Shown here: positions 55,263 through 64,000 of the stretch, piece by piece
Layout: each line of letters begins with the position of its first letter
Numbering within the stretch: the first letter of the stretch is position 1
Notes under the pieces: generated by a model
What the model saw: the letters and a program-made list of their open reading frames with translations, nothing else
What the model was told of the DNA's origin: nothing
The model's database searches: none
Program-made: the position numbers and the translations under genes
DNA from: Octopus vulgaris
Taxonomy: Eukaryota
Assembly: GCA_951406725.2 (NCBI GenBank)
Contig: OX597827.1
Coordinates: 50,902,001-50,966,000, forward strand
Direction: 5' to 3'
DNA length: 64,000 nucleotides

Positions 55263-56444
55263 ATTCTGTGTAATGAGAAACATTAAATAGTTTCTGCAAC
55301 CTTGAATGATCGAAACATTCTCAACTGTTGTTTCTTCATTCAAGAAAAATCAGTGGGCAAATTGCAAGTGCAGCAATGTGATTATTCTGTAATATCCTAG
55401 GGTTTCTGTGAAGGCACCCTGTGTACCAAAATCACTCTAGTGGATTTTGCTTTGGTGTTCATTGGATATTATAGTGTAACAGTAATATCATTTTCCTGCA
55501 CAGCAGCAAGATATAAAGGGAATAAATGTATCATATAAACTATGTTTGTGCAGCCACAACTGTAAGATCTGTTGGCTGTATAACTGTGATCGTACTAAGC
55601 TCTAAAACAAACAATGACCTAGTTTCTATAGAACACCTTTGATCATATAATCATAGCTAACCTGGGAAAACTATAATTAAAAATATATGTAAGTAACATG
55701 CCAAAAACGTATTTTTCTGATGCATTACACAAATTAACATGATTTCACAGCACTTTATTAAAAAATTGAAAGAAATACTGAAAAATATAACAAATTTTCG
55801 TTTTCATAATATGAAAGTAATAAATGAACTTTTCATAAATGGATTAACAAAAGCAAAAAATTTCCGAGTTGCATTTCAGTAAAATTATTTGTGAAAAAAG
55901 AAAAAAACAAATTATGAACCAATTTATTTAAAATTAAATATAAACAAAAAAAAAACACCTATAAATTAGATGATTATGGAAATGATCACAAATTCTATGC
56001 AAGAAGAATCCTATATCTCACAATGATATTCACTAACAAACAAGTATATGAAAAAATAGACATGGAATTATGAAGATTGATAAAAAGAATATGAGAAAAA
56101 CATTAAAGATATATTCTCAAAAATATGACAAACTTTTTTGAGAAAATGGAAAAGAAAGGACTGCATTTACATTTGCTCTACTGCATACTTACAAACACTT
56201 GTAATTATAAAAGCTTACTTTAGAAATTCATATTGATAAACATACATTTTTAAAGTAAATTGTTCTACACTTACTCAGAATACACACATGCTTACACTAG
56301 TTAACACATGTACGAGCACAAAACATGAATATATAAATACATACACACATTCCTTAAGAGAAGTACATAGATTTTCTTAAACAATACCTGATTTTTTTTT
56401 TACAACTATGATCAAACACACATATACAAACATACTATGAGTCT

Positions 56445-56620
56445 ATGTAGTCACTTGACCTGCTTTAAATAGCAGTTAGTCACACTCTGTTCTTCTTTTA
56501 GTAGAGAAGATACTGTTGTCTAATGCGATCTAGAATTTACTGTACCTGGAACAACAATAGGTTGTTCATGTTTTGAATGCTTTTGATCAGAAGACTGTTT
56601 GATCAAAGCTGACTTGGACT
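56445..56620 (+). mobile_element. Dispersed repeat family E copy
   Basis: GTCACTTGACCTGCT..AAATAGCAG...GAATGCTTTTGATCA...GATCAAAGCTGAC. Confidence 0.5.
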
Positions 56621-57139
56621 ACAGGTGCTCACATGCAAATATACACACACACACAGAGTAATCCAGACAAATACTTGTAAAATGATTTCAAATAAACTGC
56701 TTGAACAGTTTATCAGGATGCATAAACAGAAAATAAAGTAAATAGAACCTACATGATACAAGCATACACTAGACTTAAGCTTGCTAACACGGAATTGCAA
56801 TTTGAAGGCCTTGATATGAGCAAACATTTGAACAAGAATTCAATGAGGCAAAACACATTTTTAAACTCCCAACAACATGTAAATATAATCATTAGTTAAA
56901 TAGAAACATTCTTACACATACATACATGCATACATACATACATACATACATGCATACATACATACATACATACATACATACATACATACATACATACATG
57001 CATACATACATACATACATACATACATACATGCTTACAATCATCATTAGTTGTGAATGAGGGTGCCGAAGCATCTATATTGCAAGAAATAAGAGTTAAAA
57101 ACTCTTAACGCTGTATGAAACACACTACATATATATACA

Positions 57140-57220
57140 CTGACAGGAGAGATAACTGCCCCATGAGTGACTAGGATCATTGGACTAGACTAGTTTCACC
57201 TATCAGTCATAGGCTCGTCT
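57140..57220 (-). mobile_element. Penelope-like remnant with 5'-clipped hammerhead
   Basis: Minus strand: ..GACGA-gcctat gactg ataggt-GAAA-CTAG-TC-tagtcc; lies between TA-rich tracts. Confidence 0.55.
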
Positions 57221-57252
57221 ATACATATACATATATATATATATATATATAT

Positions 57253-57413
57253 ATTCCTCTGTTTTTCCTTCTCCTATGTTTCCGACGTAGAGCTCCGCTT
57301 GAAACATTAAACCCTCCTTCTTTCCTTCTTTCCTGAGCGTCCAATAATAATATATTTGTTCCACGTCCTCGCGTTGTTGTGTTTTTTCTTTGTGCTTTCT
57401 TGTTTGGATTAAC

Positions 57414-57415
<2 letters not shown>
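57253..57415 (+). mobile_element. Penelope-like 3' remnant with degenerate hammerhead
   Basis: gttt-CCGACGT-a-gagc tcc gctt-GAAA-ca-TT-aaac; (TA)n on both sides. Confidence 0.45.
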
Positions 57416-57445
<30 letters not shown>

Positions 57446-58180
57446 ATAAGTAAAATAAGATCCAAGGATCAAGGTGTATGAAGTGTCAAGCAGTCCATAA
57501 CCTAGATTTTATCTACTCCTTTTCCTAACTTTGGATATATACATTTATATATATGTATGTGTTATTCAAATTCTTTTACTTCTGACACATGTTTCGAAGA
57601 TATCATGTTTCGAAGATTATTCCAAAAGAATAAAATGGTTTCAAACAATCTTCTCTTCAGAGAAATGAAGAAATAAAGCTCGTCAATAAGATATTCTAAC
57701 AGAATATGATGGGTATTTATAGTGATTAACTGAACGCTATTAAGTTGTTTTTTTTAAAAAAGCTAGAGGATATAACATCAAAGTTAGCCTATAGAAAGAG
57801 GAGGGATAAAGGAAAGAAAGAAACCAAATAAAGGAGAAGTATAAAACGATATGTAAATTAAATAAAACCCTAAAGTCTTGGAAAAAGATATATCTAGTGA
57901 AAGTGAAATGTAAGAAGAAAATTAATATTTAAATTATATATAATGATGGATATCCCTTATATGAACTAAAAGTGTGTTTCTGCCAATGTTTACATTGGTA
58001 TGCACGCTCTATAACCATGTTTACAAGGAGATGTTTAGAAAAAAGAATAAGAAATAATTCAGAATTACAGAGAAGACAGAATTCCTTGCCTTTATCATAA
58101 GGGATCGAAATTGAGAGAACTAAATTAAATTGTTTATTGTGGTCTTTTAGATACTAAATTAATTTACTAAGCCCTGTTCC
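57446..58180 (-). mobile_element. Penelope-like element 3' end: GIY-YIG C-terminal region plus hammerhead-bearing terminal repeat
   Basis: TGLSKLI*YLKDHNKQFNL..SIPYDKGKEFCLLCNSELFLILFSKHLLVN..E..YQCKH.QKHTF (58178-57962); hammerhead at ~57578-57665. Confidence 0.8.
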
Positions 58181-58750
58181 TGTTCTTGGATTGCAAATGT
58201 ATAGCCTTTAAAATATGATGCGATGTAGCAGTTACAAGTTCAAGATAGGCTGTACTTCATGTTGACATTACTGTCTTCTTCAAGTCTTCAGGAAACATAT
58301 CCATGCATAGTCTGTTTTGGGGATGCTAAACATTTCACATCCAGGTCTTCTTAGAGGTATGTTAGTCTGGTTGTTTTGAAGTTGTATGGGAGGTCATAAG
58401 GAAGAGAATGTTTCCTGAGTTTCTTATTGCCCACATGTTAAGATATTGTTCTCTTCACTTTTCAGTGCTAAGTTAATGTAAGAGACTATATGACATTCAA
58501 AGGCTGTCTACACTGGTCAAAAGCCCCTACCTTCTTTATCTCTTCTTAGGTAGAGACTGCAATATCACCATTCCTGTGGAGATTGCCTACTGGTGCCAGT
58601 ACCTTGCAGGTTTTAACGTCTATGGAGAGGATTTCCTCTCCAAACCAATCATTTATCCCAAATGCACTGGTACTGCAAATGCATTGTAAGATATTGTCTT
58701 ATTGTAGGAGGAGAGTTCCAGCTGCCATATTTTTCTCAGTCACTATCTTT
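58181..58750 (-). mobile_element. R4/Dong LINE post-RT fragment
   Basis: KIWQLELSSYNKTISYNAFAVPV..FGINDW..EEILSIDVKT...LYLRRDKEGRG ... FKGYTFAIQE. Confidence 0.8.
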
Positions 58751-58798
58751 ATTCACAGTACTTATGTATGTATGTATGTATGTATGTATGTATGTATG

Positions 58799-58830
<32 letters not shown>

Positions 58831-59061
58831 AAAAAATCATATGTTGGAAAACATATATAGTCTGCTTGGAATCTTACTTCAGATTCATGGAACTCACTAC
58901 TATAACTTCATAAGGATATGTACACTCTCTAAGATATTTGGAAAACATATATGCGATTTAGCTGATGAATACTTGACATTATGTTTGCTGTAATATTTGC
59001 AGCTTGAAATAAAATGTTTATTCTTGTTGCTTTTACCTTGGTTATATATGTATGTATGTGT

Positions 59062-59370
59062 GTAGTCATAAAACGAGACAGATGAGTGACAACCTGGCCA
59101 CTGGTGGTGGTGTAACACACCATACTAATCATATCTGTCAGGCATGTGGAAGAGAGTGTAATTCGGCAGGAGGACTTAAATGACATGCAAAGGTACATGA
59201 AGCCCAGTTACAACTACAGCCGGCTATTACCAGTAAAGGTTTTAGTTGCCAATTTTGTACAAGACATTGTAGATCTTTAGCTGGGCTAAAAAGTCACATT
59301 CAATCACAGCACCAGTAACAGTTAAGCTTCGTGCAATCGCCATACTCGATAACGAAGGGCAGCCATAATG
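59062..59370 (+). mobile_element. Second copy of the zinc-finger RTE-like 3' end
   Basis: Colinear with the reverse complement of 18651-18958; a stop is gained by CGA>TGA. Confidence 0.8.
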
Positions 59371-59404
<34 letters not shown>

Positions 59405-60453
59405 TGTATGTATGTATGTATGTATGTATGTATGTATGTATGTATGTATGTATGTATGTATGTATGTATGTATGTGAGTGAGTGAGTGAGTGAGTGAGTG
59501 AGTACAGTGTTCTTTTAAAAGCTCTTACTCTGCTCATGAGATTCTAACTTTAGTTTCCATCCCCACATCCTAATATAGATTGCCATAAATAATAACGATA
59601 TAACAGTATCTAAATATTCAGTTTCTGAAATTCTCTTTGAAATTATTTTTGCTATAAAATAGTTGGAAAACAAATAAATTATGGGACATTTTTTTTATTA
59701 ATAGCTAGTTTGCAGGACATTTTCAGAAGTTTGTGCGGTGTGTAAACAGTGGTTGTGGGGTGCATCAGTTACTCTGTCTAGGAAAGTATTTCAATGTTTG
59801 TTTCACCCATATTTATGCATAATTTTATTTCTTTTTAATAAATGTTTATAGCTTCAATACTAAATTTATGGCAATTGTGTATTGGCTATGAAATTATATG
59901 TTCATAGATATTTGAATAATTTCGATATTTTTTACCTAATTTAGCACAACCATCAATAAAGGCACTTGATTAAAAGCCATATTTGAAATCGCCAATAGCA
60001 AAGGTGTTTTTGATATTGCCTTATGTTTAAAATCATAAATCTTTGTTAATCTATAAATTTGTAATATGCTAATATTGAAAGTTGATGAAAGTTTAATCGG
60101 CCAGATTTTATTTTAGATAATAGCAAAATGTTTGAAATACTGGCTGCAGATCATATAATCAAAATTTAGCAATTTGATAAATAATAATCAGGAAATAACA
60201 GCTGAAATAGTTCAATTCAAGTTTTGCATTTTGCATTAAAATTTCAAGATATGACCATTTTAATTTCTGTTTTTTTTTTGTTTTTTTTTGTTTGTTTTTT
60301 TTTGGGGGGGGGGGTGCTACATTCACATCCCTTTAATATATTAATTCTTCAGTTTGGTGGCTATTTCTAGCAAGATGGAGATGGACGACTCTTTGGACCT
60401 TCTTCATTGGCTCATTTTTTTTTTTAAATAAATTTTTTTTTAAAGTAAATATA

Positions 60454-60872
60454 GGTGCAGGAGGGGCTGTGTGGTAAGTAGCTTGCTTACCAGCCACATG
60501 GTTCCAGGTTCAGTCCCACTGCGTGGCACCTTGGGCAAGTGTCTTCTACTATAGCCTCGGGCCAACCAAAGCCTTGTGAGTGGATTTGGTAGACAGAAAC
60601 TGAAAGAAGCCTGTCATATATATCTATATATATATATATATATATATGTGTGTATGTGTGTGTTTGTGTGTGTTTGTGTGTGTGTTTGTGTCGCTTGATA
60701 ACCGATGCTGGTGTGTTTACATCTCCATAACTTAGCGGTTTGGCAAAAGAGACCGATAGAATAAGTACTAGGCTAACAAAGAATAAGTTCTGGGGTCAAT
60801 GTGCTCGACTAAAGGCGGTGCTCCAGCATGGCCACAGTCAAATGACTGAAACAAGTAAAAGAGTAAAGAGTA
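60454..60872 (+). mobile_element. SINE family A (full length, CpG-decayed)
   Basis: Head, core and tail. Confidence 0.92.
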
Positions 60873-61801
60873 TAGTTAGAAGGGAAAGGCATCTTACAAC
60901 TCTTTTAAAATAGTTACTGATATTTTAGTGTTATTATGCATTCTTTTTGATAACTATCAACTACGTTAAATATTTACTCTTACACTGAACTTTGAAAGAT
61001 AGTTTTCATAAGTTTGTTTGATTTTTATAAATTCTTCACTTTTTGTTGTCTTCTTTCTGTGAGTGAAGAACCAAAATTTTCATATTTATATTTGCTGTTC
61101 ATTATACTATTGTTTGATCATAATATTCATAAATGCATATTGAAGACCAGACCACATTTACAAAGGACAATTTAGTTACAATTTTTAATGTCAATTCAAA
61201 CTGAACACCAAGATTAAAGAATCAACAGCTTTATGTCAAAAATACAAACCAGAAAACATTGAATAGTTCAAAATATGTACATAAACATCTTAATCAACCT
61301 TGGTTGAGCAAACCTGTGATGAAAGGCATTCTTGTCCCTTTGCAGTATTGTTATATAATGTTTTCAATCATACCTCCAGCACTTTCATTATTAAAGGAAT
61401 TTTGATTAATATCTCTCAAAATTCTCTGAAAGCTGTTTCGAATTAATAAATGTCTCAGATTTCTTTGAAGTTTATGGTGGCTGCAAATAAGGAATATCTA
61501 CTTTCATCCTTATTCTTAAATCTTTCTTGACAACTCCTTTTTTCATAATTCTCCTTTAAGGTGATTGTCAATTATTTTGAAATAAATGAGGAATGATTAG
61601 CTTTAAACTCATGTATGACTTGTTTGCTCACATTTTATTGCTATTTGTCTGCTTCAACTGGTTTTTTTTTTCTTTTGTTAGATGATTTATTAGTACTAAT
61701 AGGAAAATTTGAGTACATTAATTTTTCCTTTCATCTAGTGGCATATATGTATATGTGTATATGATGATGATGATGATGATGATATATATATATATATATA
61801 T

Positions 61802-62002
61802 ATTTATTTTATAGAAGGAGCTTCTACAGGACTAGAACTGTTTCATTCAAATGAAATCATCAGGAAGCTTCCTGATGATTTCATTTGAATGAAATAGTAC
61901 TAGTCCTGTAGAAGCTCCTTCTATAAAATAAATTAATTTACTCTGCTATGTATTGAGTACCTTATTTACTGTGGTTAACCCCGACTCAACCCGGGACCTA
62001 CA
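61802..62002. mobile_element. (TA)n-flanked unit with 132-bp palindrome carrying two opposed hammerhead motifs
   Basis: Arms at 61802-61867/61868-61933 with two mismatches; agcttc-CTGATGA-..-GAAA-cag..ctg-TA-gaagct. Confidence 0.75.
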
Positions 62003-62119
62003 TATATATATATATATATATATATGCTCTCATGAACTCTTATTCCACAATTCTAATTCTCTTATACACTTATGTTTGGAAGACAAGTACCACAAATAGT
62101 CGTCCATTTAAGTGATATC

Positions 62120-62640
62120 TTAAGTGGTTAGAGCGTCGACCTTATGATCGTGAGGTTGTGAGCTCGAATCCCGGACCGGGCAGCATGTTGTGTTCTTGAG
62201 CAAGACACTTTATTTCACGTTGTTCCAGTTCACTCAGCTGTAGAAATAAGTTGTGATGTCACTGGTGCCAAGCTGTATTGGCCTTTGCCTTTGCCTTGGA
62301 TAACACTGGTGGCATGGAGAGGGGAGACTGGTATGCATGGGTGACTGCTGGTCTTCCATAAGCTTATGATCGTGAGGTTGTGAGCTCGAATCCCGGACCG
62401 GGCAGCATGTTGTGTTCTTGAGCAAGACACTTTATTTCACATTGTTCCAGTTCACTCAGCTGTAGAAATAAGTTGTGATGTCACTGGTGCCAAGCTGTAT
62501 TGGCCTTTGCCTTTGCCTTGGATAACACTGGTGGCATGGAGAGGGGAGACTGGTATGCATGGGTGACTGCTGGTCTTCCATAAGCAGCCTTGCCCGGACT
62601 TGTGCTTGGGAGGGTAACTTTCTAGGTGCAATCCCATGAT
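62120..62640 (+). mobile_element. tRNA-derived SINE, family C, with 222-bp internal tandem duplication
   Basis: AGTGGTTAGAGCG A box, GCTCGAATCCC B box, TTGTGTTCTTGAGCAAGACACTTTA core. Units at 62141-62362 and 62363-62584 differ by one base. Confidence 0.9.
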
Positions 62641-62843
62641 TTATGTCGTGATAAGTGATATCTAAACTGATTTTCACTAGTTACAACCATATTGGCCTCA
62701 GCTCACCACAAAGTTTACTAATTGACTTTTCAATGAGGTCTAGTTACTCCAGTTGTTCTTTTTCAATAAGGGAAATTTTCTTCCCTTTTGTACATCATTC
62801 ATAATCTACCATTTATGAATTATTGTTTCTCTTCAGGTTAAAC

Positions 62844-63383
62844 TAGGGGTCACCAAGCTTTTGTCATAGCAGGACAGATAACTGAGAGAACGATGAGCTC
62901 GGGCCACATAACCATTTTGTTCAATACAATATAGTCAATACACAAAAATAAAGACGACCAACATATTTATTTACCAAAAATTTATCAAAGAAGGTGATGT
63001 TGGCAATAAGATAATTATACCACACCTAGTGCATTCATATCCGAATTTCACAAACTAAGTAGCAAAAATGGTTAGTGAGATTTGTGAAATTGATGTCTAG
63101 CTTTTAAGATATCATAGTATTTGTTTTGGAATTGCTGCATCCAACCAAGAGAATAGTGTTCAAATGTTTATCAGTCGGCCTTGTTCAAAGTGCTGACTCC
63201 ACATACTTCAGTTTTGAAAATGTTTGCTCACAGACATAAGTTGCTCCAAACACTGATGCCATACCAGAGACAAATAAACTCTCATTATAAGTACTTATAC
63301 AAAAGGTACAGAGAAGCAACAAGCCAGATGAACTGACCTTGCAGGCCAGAGCTGGCCTGCGAGCTGTAGTTTGCTGACCTCTG
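62844..63383 (-). mobile_element. hAT (Charlie/Buster-type) internally deleted element
   Basis: TIRs TAGGGGTCACCAAGCT / CAGAGGTCAGCAAACT; 8-bp TSD GGTTAAAC/TGTTAAAC with central TA; retains dimerisation-domain coding VFGATYVCEQTFSKLKYV...TDKHL. Confidence 0.88.
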
Positions 63384-64000
63384 TGTTAAACATTTGTTTT
63401 TGATATTCTATAATTGTAATATTTAAGTATCATTCTTTTACTGTCTTTAGAACACTAGAGCATGGGATTTTATACTTGCAGACATTAAGTTTTTCCCTTT
63501 CTTATGTAGGTGTAATTCTCATGAGCTGCCTTGAATCTGTTCAACCATACAATTGCAATAAAGCAGAGGTACACTAATATGCAGTCAATATTTATCTCTT
63601 CTGACTGGAAACATATGCCAGATATTTTGATGAGTATTTATGTTTTAGGAATAATTTCCTCGTGTGATATGCCGATTGTTTATAAGCAGCATTATTAGCA
63701 GTAGATAGTTTTAGTGTAATGTGCGTGTGTGATGATGTCTTTCTTGATGTAAATTTGAAATGAAGCCAGTGACTAAGAACTTTGATACACGAACATATCC
63801 TTTGTTTAGTATCACAATGAGCACTAGTCATTATTTTCGTTGTTGATCAAGAAGACCTATGATGAAAAGGTATTCAAACGTGACCATTCCAGAGGGTGTG
63901 CTTTGAGAGAGATTTTGCAACTATTTCTTATAGATTGACTAATCCGGTTCAGTATCTATCATTGACTCTTCCTGAATACCATTACATAGACACACTCGTT

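Overview
AT-rich, microsatellite-dense animal DNA that is intergenic or intronic. The SINE families and repeat landscape suggest an octopod cephalopod (inference). I can support no host protein-coding gene, and almost all long ORFs in the track are translations of simple repeats. The window is a patchwork of mobile-element remnants: three tRNA-headed SINE families; RTE and R4/Dong LINE fragments; two DD37D (maT)-type Tc1/mariner fragments; a hAT deletion derivative with TSD; a Merlin-like MITE with a perfect 8-bp TSD; and a Helitron-like 3' end. Five signals stand out. (1) About ten sequence-distinct, minimal type-I hammerhead-ribozyme motifs or half-motifs sit in short units beside (TA)n tracts. 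Several are folded back into palindromes and one is attached to a Penelope-type endonuclease C-terminus. (2) Tandem duplications in two unrelated SINE families have junctions at the base of a predicted long-range RNA stem. (3) A 1.2-kb decayed ORF of unknown identity lies between inverted Dong fragments. (4) An RTE-like 3' end with three C2H2 fingers occurs twice inside (TATG)n. (5) CpG decay appears to increase sharply beyond about 50 kb. All folds and translations were read by eye, and no searches were run.
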